IMG/VR virus record: IMGVR_UViG_3300042691_031577
Location: 32,001-96,000 of that record
Source of the DNA: a virus
Reading direction: 5' to 3' (one strand)
DNA: 64,000 nucleotides
Below are positions 39,029-49,733 of this stretch, in pieces. Numbering within the stretch: the stretch's first letter is position 1; the number at the start of each line of letters is the position of its first letter. The notes under the pieces were generated by a model. That model did no database searches. It was not told where the DNA came from and saw only the letters and a list, made by a program, of their open reading frames with translations. Made by a program: the position numbers and the translations under genes.

Positions 39029-39978
39029 ATATTATCTAATTTTTTTACTAATAAACTTTGGAATGTTAGTGGTAATGTATTTTCTATAATATTAAGAAAA
39101 TTTTCAAATCCTATTGTGTTTGCATCTTTACCATCTAACTCTACCAAGTATACTTCTTTACCAAAGGACATTAACATTTCACAATGTTTTAAAGCATCCT
39201 TAATAGCATCTTTATCTAATGCTATGTATATTTTTTGTACATCAGACGATACTAATTTTTTCATTAGTATTTCATGTATTACCTTACCAAATAATGGAAT
39301 ACAATTACGTTTAATTGTTAGAAAATCAAACATACCTTCTACTAATATTATAGGAGCACTCCAATTAATGTATAGTTCCATACCAATTATATTTTTAACA
39401 GGTACAGATGGGTTATCATATTTTCTACTTAAGGTATCTGAGTAGTCTCGTGCTATAAAATAATTTAGTTGACCTAATCCATCATAAGACGGTATAATAA
39501 TTCTATTAGTATACTTGCCTTCTGCACAAAATCCAATATTGTATTTTAAAATATCCATCTCCGTCAATCCTCTATTTTTAATGTATTTAATCGCATGTTT
39601 TGCGGCTAATTTTATGGATTTATCGGTTGTATTAACATTATAAAGAGGAATAAATTCAGCAGGTAATTTTGTATTAGTTTCTGTAGTTTGTTTAGTTTTA
39701 CCTGGTCTAATTATTAGGTTTAGTTCTTTAGTTTTATCTTCAGGCGCGTCTAATTTCTTTAATAATGATTTTATTGTTTTACCTTTAGAACTATTTTTTG
39801 GTGGGCACGTCCAACAATGCCATGGATTTTCATTTTTTTCATTGGTGTCAAGTTGAACCTCTAGTTTACGTTTGTGGTGATTACAAAAGGGACAATGAAA
39901 TGCTACATTGCCCTTACTAGTAGGATGACCTTTACCTAGTACGGATTCAAGTAATATAAGTAAAGCTTGATTTTCCAT
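39025..39978 (-). CDS. DNA primase (Zn finger plus TOPRIM)
   Basis: CPFC..H...HCWTC, RIIIP, LVEGMFD, ALDKDA, KDAN. Confidence 0.88.
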   Translation of the reverse strand: MENQALLILLESVLGKGHPTSKGNVAFHCPFCNHHKRKLEVQLDTNEKNENPWHCWTCPPKNSSKGKTIKSLLKKLDAPEDKTKELNLIIRPGKTKQTTETNTKLPAEFIPLYNVNTTDKSIKLAAKHAIKYIKNRGLTEMDILKYNIGFCAEGKYTNRIIIPSYDGLGQLNYFIARDYSDTLSRKYDNPSVPVKNIIGMELYINWSAPIILVEGMFDFLTIKRNCIPLFGKVIHEILMKKLVSSDVQKIYIALDKDAIKDALKHCEMLMSFGKEVYLVELDGKDANTIGFENFLNIIENTLPLTFQSLLVKKLDNI

Positions 39979-40002
39979 TTTGATGGAATATACAAACTTT
40001 AT

Positions 40003-40464
40003 TTAGCCAATCAAATCTTTTGTGTAAAACTTTCCAAGAATATTATCATTAATCCATTTGGTTGAATCTTCTAATACTCCATACTGGAATAGGTATTTGC
40101 ACTCGTAATATGTTAATTCTTTCTTGGTTTTGCAAAGTTTTAATATTACTCGTATGAATTTATCTTTAGGATATTTCTTTAGATCCTCTTTTATTTCTTG
40201 TGACGAACCATAATATGTTTTCCAGTCACTTGGTTTTACTACTAATTTAGTTTGTTTAGTTCTACCACGTGTAACTGGTAAGTTGGCTAATTCTTTTTTA
40301 CCTAATTTAACATTATTTTTATGAAAGAAATTTTTCTTACCAATATAACTACGACCTGTTTCTAAGTTAGTAGTCATGTAAATATAACCCTCATATTGGG
40401 TTGGGTCAAATGATTCGTCGTTAATTAAATCTTCAACTGTCAAAACTAATTGTATTTGAAACAT
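40003..40464 (-). CDS. GIY-YIG-fold nuclease-like protein
   Basis: GYIYMTTN..GRSYIGKK, YYGSS, E...N.NI. Confidence 0.7.
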   Translation of the reverse strand: MFQIQLVLTVEDLINDESFDPTQYEGYIYMTTNLETGRSYIGKKNFFHKNNVKLGKKELANLPVTRGRTKQTKLVVKPSDWKTYYGSSQEIKEDLKKYPKDKFIRVILKLCKTKKELTYYECKYLFQYGVLEDSTKWINDNILGKFYTKDLIG

Positions 40465-40465
40465 A

Positions 40466-41005
40466 TTATATATCTAATATTTTTATATTGTCTTGTTTAT
40501 CATATCCAAAATTTTCTCTGTTTGCATCAATTCCATACATTTCTCTTTTAACTTTAGATAATTTAGATAAATACGTAATTAATTTATTATAAAATTTTTT
40601 ATTATTATTATCTTTTAAAATATCTTTAATAACTTTTATAGCATCTTTATTATTATTTTCTAAATGTCTAAATAAATAAGCTACTATATCTATATTACTA
40701 AAACTAGGAGTCTCAAACACTATTTCTTGTTTAAGACTATCAACGTCTTTTCTAAATTTATCTACATCTAGTTTTTGTTGAATCATATATCCTTTTTCGT
40801 AGTTTACTTTTTCAATTTTAGCAAACAGATCAGGATATTTTTTACCTAATTGTTCTTCTTCTTGAACATCATATATACTTTCATTACTTAATCTATCAAA
40901 TACTTTTATAACTAAATCAGGACGGGTTGATAGGTTGTATACGTCTTTATACGTACCGCTACCCATTCTTGGTTTTTGTTTTGTATTTAATTCATTAAAC
41001 ATCAT
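40466..41005 (-). CDS. Minimal protein-kinase-like protein
   Basis: GSGTYKDVY Gly loop, VIKV, DANRENFG catalytic loop, ILD. Confidence 0.65.
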   Translation of the reverse strand: MMFNELNTKQKPRMGSGTYKDVYNLSTRPDLVIKVFDRLSNESIYDVQEEEQLGKKYPDLFAKIEKVNYEKGYMIQQKLDVDKFRKDVDSLKQEIVFETPSFSNIDIVAYLFRHLENNNKDAIKVIKDILKDNNNKKFYNKLITYLSKLSKVKREMYGIDANRENFGYDKQDNIKILDI

Positions 41006-42014
41006 ATTTAACAATAAAAGCCATGTCTGTATTTGGTGATATAAGAATAGGTTTGGCTAATTTAGCTACCGCTAATAAATCATCATCATCGTTATATAAA
41101 CCAATAGATGTTACATAAGGAGAAAAATCAGATCCCGTAGCAAAATCTTTTAAAGTTCCATCATTATAATAAAATACTGAACTAGATATGCTAGCGCTTG
41201 TTATTGTTCCAGCTTGCATTGATGGATTATAACTAGCATTAAATTCACTTTCCTTAACTATACACCTTACTTCAGTTTCATAAATAGTGTAATCATTTTG
41301 AAATTCAACTCCAATAGGAAATACAGGAGAACTTAAGAAATTAATATAATCGTTGTTAGTTATAACACACATTCCTTGACCATAAAATATATTACCTATA
41401 TGAATAGGAACAAAATCACTTCCGTCTTCGGTTAGATATGATGATGTAAGATAGCTAGATGATATATAACCTGTAGATAAAGCATAATATGGGTTTACAT
41501 ATAAACTATCTACATATAATGTAGGAATATAAGTAACATCGTATAAATTACCTTGTCCATCATCAATCATTACTATTAAAGATGAAGATACTCTAAAACT
41601 ATATGGCAAAATACTGTTACCGTATAAATCACTACTAATACCTAATAGACCTATTCTATCTCCAGAACTTGAAGGAAAATTTTTAATTATATTTAATTCT
41701 CCATATTTGTAATAAGATGAAGTAGGTCTTTGAGAAGAGGCTGATTCGTAATATACTGATACCGCTAATGATTGTGTGTTTAGTGAACTAGTATAAGATT
41801 GGTAATAAAGTTGGTTAGCTATTGTATAAACTAAAGATTGGTATTCTCCATTAGTTGTAGTTGAACCACTAGTTGAAAATGATGTATTAGTACCTATATA
41901 GTAGGTAATATATCCATCATTGGGAGTAGCATTATAAGAGAATGACCATAGCTTATTAGCTGTGTAGGGGGTTACTGTAGTATCCGATTTGAAAAGCTGT
42001 TTGAACGCGCTCAT
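40995..42014 (-). CDS. Baseplate/tail structural protein
   Basis: C-terminal YVTSIGLYND..DLLAVAKLAKP (tail-collar-like); paralogue of 42024..43010. Confidence 0.6.
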   Translation of the reverse strand: MSAFKQLFKSDTTVTPYTANKLWSFSYNATPNDGYITYYIGTNTSFSTSGSTTTNGEYQSLVYTIANQLYYQSYTSSLNTQSLAVSVYYESASSQRPTSSYYKYGELNIIKNFPSSSGDRIGLLGISSDLYGNSILPYSFRVSSSLIVMIDDGQGNLYDVTYIPTLYVDSLYVNPYYALSTGYISSSYLTSSYLTEDGSDFVPIHIGNIFYGQGMCVITNNDYINFLSSPVFPIGVEFQNDYTIYETEVRCIVKESEFNASYNPSMQAGTITSASISSSVFYYNDGTLKDFATGSDFSPYVTSIGLYNDDDDLLAVAKLAKPILISPNTDMAFIVKYDV

Positions 42015-42023
42015 GCATTTTTA

Positions 42024-43010
42024 TTAGTAATCTAATTTAATTCTAATTAATGCCTCTTTAGTAAAATCTTTAACTAATGGTCTTGATAATTTAGCTACAG
42101 CTAATAATTCATTATTATCATTGTACATACCAACAGTTGTAATATACGTTTGTGGATTATTAACTAAGCTAGTATATAATAAATTACCATTTGAATCTAT
42201 AATAGAAGGATTAGTAGTATAATTAAATTCACTATTTTTTACACGAGTAAAGAAATAACGAGAAGATACTGTTTCTGCTGATTTAGCAGTCATTGGATTT
42301 CCTGCTACTCCTGAAGCTGAAATAGCATTAAATATTTTTCCTTGATTGTTATTACTAGCAAATGATTTAGTAACAGGTGCAACAAAAGATGCTACTGAGT
42401 TAGACCCACTTGCTTTTAAAACTACAATGTTAAGATCAGGAAACATAAATCCATAATATGTTGAAGCAGCACTTGAAGTAAAAGCTGATCCATTACTACC
42501 ACTGATTATATTGTAATATCTGTTTTCGCCAATAAAATTAGCTGTACTAGATTCGTTACTGTCATCTGTTAAAAATATTTGAGCACTACCTGATCTAAGC
42601 CTTATATTTAAGGCTCCAGGAAGTAATGATTCTTTATATCTAGCTCTTGAATAATTAATAACATATATATCTTCTGCTGTTGTAGTTCCATCAAAACTAA
42701 AATTTACAGTTTCAGTACCGTAAACTAAATTTCTATACTGTCCGTAAACAATACGACTTGGAGATGAGCCTGTTACAGATGAATTAATTAAAGCTGAGCC
42801 TGAACCGTATAAATTACCATATTGTACAGTAAATTGAACAGATGATGAAGGATTAGAAGTAACTAAATCGTATACATTCAAATAATATTCTGTGTTACTA
42901 CTTGCTGTAAAGAATGTAGATAATGTATTAGCATCATTACTAAATAAACCTCTTACTACGGTTTCTGAACTTACTACTGAATCGTCTTGTGCGTATCTTA
43001 TAAATGACAT
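42024..43010 (-). CDS. Baseplate/tail structural protein
   Basis: YITTVGMYNDNNELLAVAKLSRP. Confidence 0.6.
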   Translation of the reverse strand: MSFIRYAQDDSVVSSETVVRGLFSNDANTLSTFFTASSNTEYYLNVYDLVTSNPSSSVQFTVQYGNLYGSGSALINSSVTGSSPSRIVYGQYRNLVYGTETVNFSFDGTTTAEDIYVINYSRARYKESLLPGALNIRLRSGSAQIFLTDDSNESSTANFIGENRYYNIISGSNGSAFTSSAASTYYGFMFPDLNIVVLKASGSNSVASFVAPVTKSFASNNNQGKIFNAISASGVAGNPMTAKSAETVSSRYFFTRVKNSEFNYTTNPSIIDSNGNLLYTSLVNNPQTYITTVGMYNDNNELLAVAKLSRPLVKDFTKEALIRIKLDY

Positions 43011-43022
43011 ATTTTATTATTT

Positions 43023-43676
43023 TTAGATTTTATTTACAACTAAAGGAATAGTAATTCTAGCACCACTATCTCTACCTACTACTGTAATAGTTGTAGTTAA
43101 TGATGTCAATGTTGTGCCATATAATGTATTGATTGTTGTACCTGTAATGGTAAACGATGTTCCTACTTGGGTTACAGATAATGTAGCTCCAGTTGTTGTA
43201 TTTAAAGTAGTTCCAGGAGTTGTTGTGGTTATACCAGTACCTTGGAAAGATGATAATAATCTTCCGTCTGCTACAGTAACTGTGTATCCACTACTTTCAA
43301 ATGTACTAGTGGCTCCTAGATAATTTAATGTTTGAGGAGTAATAGTTAATGAAGCTCCTTGTTTAATGGTAATACTATTGTACCCAATATTAATAACAGG
43401 TAATTTAGCTGTTCCACGTGGAAGTGTTACTAATTTATATCTCATCATTTGAGTATCATTAGGTATAGCTTCTAATACAGGGGTAGCCTCAATAGCTTGT
43501 CCATAATATGCTGAGCCTGATGGATGATCAGGATTATATAATGTATAATCAATCTCGTCATCTGCTAAAGCAAATTGAGTTATTTGAAATGAACCATCAT
43601 TACGCGCTAATAATTGGCGTCCTTTTGTGGTTAAAATTGCGTCTACTGTTATTGTTGTAGGATTTAATATAGCCAT
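43023..43676 (-). CDS. Baseplate/tail structural protein
   Basis: DAILTTKGRQLLA..F.ITQFALADDEIDY; Thr-rich C-terminus. Confidence 0.6.
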   Translation of the reverse strand: MAILNPTTITVDAILTTKGRQLLARNDGSFQITQFALADDEIDYTLYNPDHPSGSAYYGQAIEATPVLEAIPNDTQMMRYKLVTLPRGTAKLPVINIGYNSITIKQGASLTITPQTLNYLGATSTFESSGYTVTVADGRLLSSFQGTGITTTTPGTTLNTTTGATLSVTQVGTSFTITGTTINTLYGTTLTSLTTTITVVGRDSGARITIPLVVNKI

Positions 43677-43703
43677 TTGTGTATATTTTTACTGTTATAA
43701 ATA

Positions 43704-46700
43704 TTATAATATTCCGTTTTCTTTTAAAGTTTCAACAACGCCATTTAAATTAGTGGCTAATTCAGGAGACATATATTGTGGTGTCATATACCCTGGGGCA
43801 TTACCTACTAATTTGGGGGCGTTTATTACTAGTTTAGATGGGTCTATTTGATATTCTCTAATTAAATATCCATTATTAATAGTAGTTGCTGTTAAATTAG
43901 TTGAAATTGATTTATCTAAATAAAGATAAAGATAAAAAAATGCTGGGGTAAATATTACAGGAGGAGTCATATCAAAAGATATTATATTGTATACATAATC
44001 TTCATTTTGTAAAAATCTAATTTCTTGACCTACTTTAGGTATAGTTGGTATAGGAGTGTCGTATCCACCAACTCCAGCAAAACTTTGAGATGTTATATCT
44101 TGAGCCCATGGATAATTTAAATCACTATAAATTGTTCCAGCATTTTTTGAATAATAAAATATAGACGCTAAATCACTAGAAGCTGTTAATACATTTCTAC
44201 TATTAGCTCCAAAAGACCAAGATGCCTCTAATCGAGTAAGTTGTCTTTTATTAATAATACTACCAGTACTATTACTTTCATAAAATGCTAAAGAAGCGGT
44301 CACCCACTGAGGATATCCAAGAGTAGTATTACTTCCTGATTCATTAGTTAATATGACTTTAGGCCATAATAAAGCAGGTCTATATACTGTTGTTGATTGA
44401 TCTAAATCTGTTTGAGATGACCCAGCTGGGAGTGTAGTGATTTGTAAGTTAACAACACTATCTTTTACAAAATTATTAATTAAATTATAATAGTATGCTG
44501 AGCCTGTACTAAAATTTACAGTTGTTTGATTACCATCTTTATCAACTAAACTATTAATCCATAATGTTGATTTATTTACTAACTCAGGATAAGCACCTCT
44601 AATTTCTTTAAATGTTAAGAAAAATGCTTGAAATTTATCTATAGCTGATGTTAGACCAAAAGAACCTGAGTCACCGTTTGTAAATTCATTATATCGAGAC
44701 GATATTATTTTGCTACCATCGTGTCTAGAATTTTTATATGATGTTAAAGATAAATACGAATCTTGTAGTTCAGCTGAAGAAGATATAGAGCTTGTTTTTT
44801 GTTCTAAAACAATATCTGGTAATCCTGGATTTTCTATTATTTTTCTAACACTAGATGTTACACTGCTAGATACATTATTAAATAATACATTATAATCAGA
44901 TAAAGCAAATTTTTCAAGACTTATACTTTCAGTAACATCATGTTGTGAATTCCAAACATCAATATCTGTTAAGTATGGATTTTCATTACTTGGTATAAAG
45001 TAAGTATCGTATAAATTAACTTTACTACCGCTTATTTCTCCATCATAATATGCTGCTTTATCATCTGGTAGATTATCATATAAAAATCCATATTCTGATC
45101 CTATGCTTCCACTATTGATTTCACCCTCATGTATACTTTCAGTTGTGCTCGTAGTAGGGTTAGCATATGCAAACTTATTCCTTTCTAAAACAGGTGAATT
45201 AATTGTAATACCAGTAGATAAACTTGTACGAGCAGGTACAAAACTTTCTAGTGTTTTAAACAATGAATTATCAAAGAACTGAATTAAACGGATAAATCCG
45301 TTGTAATCTAAATAAGATGAAGTAAAACCAGAATATGAACCTGTTCCCTGTTCAAAATATATTTTGCGTTGAATATCTAAATCAGGATAAGTGTTGTAAT
45401 ATTGTTGTCTAGGATCTCCTATATATTCATCCATATCCCATGAAGGATTACTAGAAGATATAGATTGAGATATATATAAATCTATCTGTGTTTGGGGTGA
45501 AAACGATATATCTACAAACTGCAAATCATTATCTAAGTAATCTACAGACGATGTTGGAATTTGTTGGATAGTAGTTAAAGGAGATAAAACGCTTCCTGTA
45601 CTTATAGTATCAGATAATCTAACTTTGTTTGTACTATACCCTTTTAAATATTCAGTTTTTGACTCACCTCCATATTCTTTAACATTTAAAATACTACTAG
45701 TTACACCAAACATAGTTATTATGTTTTGTAAACCAGCTGTTGTTCCTTTAGTTTTAACTAATAGAGGTAAATTATGATATATTCGTTTATATAATTCGTA
45801 TGTTAAGTCTTTTCTAGGTATATTATTTAAGTAGCTACTTGTAGCCGAGAAATCAGTTAATGAACCACTATATATAAAACTACCGGTATTATTACCTACT
45901 ATATATTGTTCTAAACTTTCTCCTTCATTACTGTTAAATAAATCTATCCCTAATGATTTTAAAACTTGGTAAACTAAATCATTAGATATGCCTTTATTTG
46001 GATTATTATTAGCTAAATTAATGTCAGTTACTGATTTTAGTAGAATCCAAATATTATCAAAATAATGGCCTATCATATTTAGGAAAAGTAAATACTGGTT
46101 ATTATCCGGATCATCTCTTAAGTATGTAGGTATCCCATTGATTAAGTTATTTGCATTTAATTCATCATATATAGAAGCAGATGATATAGCATTATTAAAC
46201 CATACTGATGCTGATGTTGACCCTGTTGGAAATAACGTGTATGGTAGTGTTGAAGTGGATTTAGGCCAAGCGTATGATGTAGATTCAAAATAAAGATATG
46301 TTTCGTATCCATCAAAATTAGAAATAATATTATTAATACTAGCTGAGTATTTGTTAATCTCTAATTTAAGATAAGGATTAAAAGAGGCACTAGATGAATA
46401 ATTTAAAATAAGATTACTGTAGTCTTCTATATCTTTTACTTTATTGTAAAATCCATCCAAACGTTGTTCTACAGAACCAAAAAAGCTAAAATTATCATAA
46501 TCAGTATAATCAACATTAATAGCAATACTATTTGATGTTAAAGCATTTGATAATTTATTATAAGTATTAGATTGTGTGAGTTGTAATGATGAAAATAAGT
46601 TATTATATCCTGAGTATTGAGTAGATATTGTATTTATTTCTTTAGAAATAGGGATACTAAAATTAGCTCCTCTTAACATTAATGGTGGTGGAGGAGAGAT

Positions 46701-47459
46701 TAAAGTATCTAAATTAATACTAAAAGCATATGGGCTTACTTTTTCTTCAACTACCCATAAATCTGCTTTTTCAATAATATTATCTGGTAGAGGGTCATAA
46801 AGTTTAAATAGGATCTCATACCCAGCATCTATTTTATCTAAAGCTATGTTTACCGTTATAACTTGAGTATTTAAACCAAAGTTAACAAGATAATTAATAA
46901 AATAAGGAGATGAATTTATTTCATCTATTAAACTATTAGCAATAGTTTCTATTTCTTCATTTGATTTAGAAGTAGAAGCTATACTAATTTCTGTTCTATC
47001 AGCTGATATTCTTTTTAAGAAAAATGTATCATCAGGTGAACCTACTTTATTTTTAAAGAAATTATATTGTGTTCTAAATTCACCTGATCTATACCCAGAA
47101 TCTTGTAAATCTTTTACAGGATCGATTTCAATAGAGGTAAATGAAGAACCGGTATCCGGTGTATTAGAGTTTAATGTTCCTAAATCACTATTTGTTATTT
47201 GATTTTCTGAGTTAGGAGCAGGAGTAAATGCTGGGGTTAAACCTGAATCTGTTGGAAGTTTAAATTTACTGTAAGCGTAATCTAATCCTAATAATGAAGC
47301 CCCACTAACATCGTATATAAAATATTCTATATAATCTGTATCAGGATCAAAATAGTTTTGAATTTCTTGTACTCCAATTAATCTAATATCATCTATTGAG
47401 TATCTACTGACAATATCAGTATCTGTTATATTTCCTATTATCTGAATATTATTGGCCAT
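43704..47459 (-). CDS. Large baseplate wedge protein (gp7-like)
   Basis: 1251 aa; FLNMIGHYFD, LLVKTKGT..GL, FVPART; baseplate synteny. Confidence 0.6.
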   Translation of the reverse strand: MANNIQIIGNITDTDIVSRYSIDDIRLIGVQEIQNYFDPDTDYIEYFIYDVSGASLLGLDYAYSKFKLPTDSGLTPAFTPAPNSENQITNSDLGTLNSNTPDTGSSFTSIEIDPVKDLQDSGYRSGEFRTQYNFFKNKVGSPDDTFFLKRISADRTEISIASTSKSNEEIETIANSLIDEINSSPYFINYLVNFGLNTQVITVNIALDKIDAGYEILFKLYDPLPDNIIEKADLWVVEEKVSPYAFSINLDTLISPPPPLMLRGANFSIPISKEINTISTQYSGYNNLFSSLQLTQSNTYNKLSNALTSNSIAINVDYTDYDNFSFFGSVEQRLDGFYNKVKDIEDYSNLILNYSSSASFNPYLKLEINKYSASINNIISNFDGYETYLYFESTSYAWPKSTSTLPYTLFPTGSTSASVWFNNAISSASIYDELNANNLINGIPTYLRDDPDNNQYLLFLNMIGHYFDNIWILLKSVTDINLANNNPNKGISNDLVYQVLKSLGIDLFNSNEGESLEQYIVGNNTGSFIYSGSLTDFSATSSYLNNIPRKDLTYELYKRIYHNLPLLVKTKGTTAGLQNIITMFGVTSSILNVKEYGGESKTEYLKGYSTNKVRLSDTISTGSVLSPLTTIQQIPTSSVDYLDNDLQFVDISFSPQTQIDLYISQSISSSNPSWDMDEYIGDPRQQYYNTYPDLDIQRKIYFEQGTGSYSGFTSSYLDYNGFIRLIQFFDNSLFKTLESFVPARTSLSTGITINSPVLERNKFAYANPTTSTTESIHEGEINSGSIGSEYGFLYDNLPDDKAAYYDGEISGSKVNLYDTYFIPSNENPYLTDIDVWNSQHDVTESISLEKFALSDYNVLFNNVSSSVTSSVRKIIENPGLPDIVLEQKTSSISSSAELQDSYLSLTSYKNSRHDGSKIISSRYNEFTNGDSGSFGLTSAIDKFQAFFLTFKEIRGAYPELVNKSTLWINSLVDKDGNQTTVNFSTGSAYYYNLINNFVKDSVVNLQITTLPAGSSQTDLDQSTTVYRPALLWPKVILTNESGSNTTLGYPQWVTASLAFYESNSTGSIINKRQLTRLEASWSFGANSRNVLTASSDLASIFYYSKNAGTIYSDLNYPWAQDITSQSFAGVGGYDTPIPTIPKVGQEIRFLQNEDYVYNIISFDMTPPVIFTPAFFYLYLYLDKSISTNLTATTINNGYLIREYQIDPSKLVINAPKLVGNAPGYMTPQYMSPELATNLNGVVETLKENGIL

Positions 47460-47796
47460 TTCTACCCGATGTTAATGTCTGTATTGTTTGTTGTGCTGTT
47501 AAAACTTCTTGTCTTAAAGTAGTTATTTCTGCTAGTAACGCCTGAACGTCATCTGTGTTTAAATTAATTCCTAAATATTCCGCTTCTTTTTCTAAGATAA
47601 ATCTATGAGAATCTGCATCTCCTTCTTTAGGAATTTGAAAAAATAATTGTTCATATAACGTAAAAAAATCCTCTAATGTAAAACTAAGAGTATCTTCTCC
47701 TTGTGTAGTATCAATTAATTGAGAAAATTGAGTATCTACTACTTTAGGAAAATTATCTTTGTCAAATATCTGTTTTTGTATAGGTATTTTAGACAT
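47449..47796 (-). CDS. Hypothetical baseplate-cluster protein
   Basis: ORF in operon. Confidence 0.55.
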   Translation of the reverse strand: MSKIPIQKQIFDKDNFPKVVDTQFSQLIDTTQGEDTLSFTLEDFFTLYEQLFFQIPKEGDADSHRFILEKEAEYLGINLNTDDVQALLAEITTLRQEVLTAQQTIQTLTSGRNGQ

Positions 47797-48887
47797 TATC
47801 TTATAACTTTAAAATAATAATCTTGGTTTAAAACTAAAACTTCTTTATTAGACAATACTGTTTTAACTAGTAATTGATAATAACGTTCTGGTTGTAATCC
47901 ATTCATATAAACATCAAAATAATTGCCTTGTGAATCAGCACTTATTTTTGTATAATTAGTGTCGAAATCTACAATAATTTCTTCAGTATCCAAATCTTTT
48001 ATTGACCAATATGAAGAAGAAGGTAATATTTTATTATTCAAATATACGGAAGCAGTTTGGAAAGTCCTAGTAGGAAATTTATCTCTTACATTTACTCTAA
48101 AACGTTGTACTGAGTCTTGCTGATATTCGCTCTGATTATTTGTTATAGTAGCTACTATTAAATCAGATGTGATTTGCGTTAATGAACTACTATAAACTGA
48201 GTCATTCCAACGAATTTCTAAACAAGGTGGGTATATAGTATGAGTCTCTGCTGAAAAGTATTTAGTTTCAAATTTAGAAGCAGTGGTAAATTCTATAGAA
48301 TTTGAATGTTTTACTATAAATCCTTCATTAGAAATAGAAGAGCTTGACCATGCATTTACAGTATTGGTTACCTTTAATTCAATATCTTTTGAACTATTGT
48401 GACTGAAGGATTGGCTAGTTTCATATGACCCAGTAAACCATAATCCACCACCTGAATTAGAACCTGTGTATGAACCTGTTGTTCCTGCTGGGAATCCTAT
48501 GCCAAACCATGTACTTCCACTTATTTCATCTCTATATTTCCAACTAACACCATCAGTAGTTATGGGTGAATCAGCTAATTTACCAGTACCCACATTCCAA
48601 CTTCCGGATATAGGATAACCATATATTGTATAATCTAATGGAATTTCACTAGCATATGCTAGATATAGTTTTAGGTAGGCATCATACGTGCTTCCTGAAA
48701 TTTTATTGCTTATTACGTCTGTAATTTCGCTTTGTGGAAATTTTAATAACAAACGTGATACCTCATTGGTACTTGTTATTGTGTAAAATGTACTTAATTC
48801 TAATATTTCATCTAATCCTGAATTAAGACTATTATAATATGAATACAACGTGGCGCTTTTTTCAGGAAATATTTTATAAACTGCCAT
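47796..48887 (-). CDS. Virion structural protein (DNRLRE-like beta domain)
   Basis: N.GLDEILEL, SRLLLKF, W..GTG, YPP.LEIRW. Confidence 0.55.
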   Translation of the reverse strand: MAVYKIFPEKSATLYSYYNSLNSGLDEILELSTFYTITSTNEVSRLLLKFPQSEITDVISNKISGSTYDAYLKLYLAYASEIPLDYTIYGYPISGSWNVGTGKLADSPITTDGVSWKYRDEISGSTWFGIGFPAGTTGSYTGSNSGGGLWFTGSYETSQSFSHNSSKDIELKVTNTVNAWSSSSISNEGFIVKHSNSIEFTTASKFETKYFSAETHTIYPPCLEIRWNDSVYSSSLTQITSDLIVATITNNQSEYQQDSVQRFRVNVRDKFPTRTFQTASVYLNNKILPSSSYWSIKDLDTEEIIVDFDTNYTKISADSQGNYFDVYMNGLQPERYYQLLVKTVLSNKEVLVLNQDYYFKVIR

Positions 48888-48998
48888 AAATATAGTTTTT
48901 ATACATATAAATATGGCAGTTATAAATTTTTATTTATATATCGTAATTATCTATAAAATCAGGATATTCTTCCTCTATTACTTCCATAATTTGGTCAC

Positions 48999-49100
48999 TT
49001 AGTTAGCTTTTAAAGAAGCAATTACTTTACGATTTTCTTGTATACGTTTTATATTTTTTAAAACGTTTTTTCTGTTGCGTTTTTTAGGTTGACTTTTCAT
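48999..49100 (-). CDS. 33-aa very basic peptide (absent from ORF track)
   Basis: MKSQPKKRNRKNVLKNIKRIQENRKVIASLKAN; TAATG-coupled to lysin stop. Confidence 0.45.
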   Translation of the reverse strand: MKSQPKKRNRKNVLKNIKRIQENRKVIASLKAN

Positions 49101-49690
49101 TACTTAATATCAGCACTTTCAATTAAAGTATAAGTAAATGATGGGCCATGGATTTTAGCTGCTTCACGAGCAATAACCATGAATGCTTCAAAATCAGCTG
49201 CTTTTTTAAACACTTGACATCCTTCAGACCAGTTTTCTACATAAGTAGAATCAACACCTGCTTTATGAATATTAATACCAAAAATACCTTCTTGTATTTT
49301 AGTTTCATCATAAGTCATGTCTTTGTTTGCATCACGATAAACTTTAACTGGTTTAGCTTGTTTTAAAGCCTCATATTTACCTTGGTGTAAACCTAAAGTG
49401 TGTGAACCACGATATTGTCCTTCAACTAAACGAGCAACACCTGCTGCGTTGTGAAATTCTTTTACACCTTTAGTACCTGGATCAGTTGTGCACTGCCATT
49501 GTTTAAATACCCAGTTACCACCTACTTTGTAAGATACAGTCATTGTATCATCAAATACGTTTGTAACTTTGTTACCTGTTGCTGAGTTACGAACACCAAC
49601 AATATTTAGATCGTAATCTTTAGTTCCTTCGAACCATACATAACCTTTTGCTTTTACAGCTGCTTCGATTTGTTCTTTTGTGTATGCCAT
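49100..49690 (-). CDS. Putative endolysin with L,D-transpeptidase (YkuD)-like catalytic motif (start reassigned from 49741)
   Basis: TTDPG, GINIH...WSEGCQV; late promoter at 49711-49719. Confidence 0.65.
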   Translation of the reverse strand: MAYTKEQIEAAVKAKGYVWFEGTKDYDLNIVGVRNSATGNKVTNVFDDTMTVSYKVGGNWVFKQWQCTTDPGTKGVKEFHNAAGVARLVEGQYRGSHTLGLHQGKYEALKQAKPVKVYRDANKDMTYDETKIQEGIFGINIHKAGVDSTYVENWSEGCQVFKKAADFEAFMVIAREAAKIHGPSFTYTLIESADIK

Positions 49691-49733
49691 AATTATAAGA
49701 TTTATTTTCCTATAAATATGGTATATACATGTT

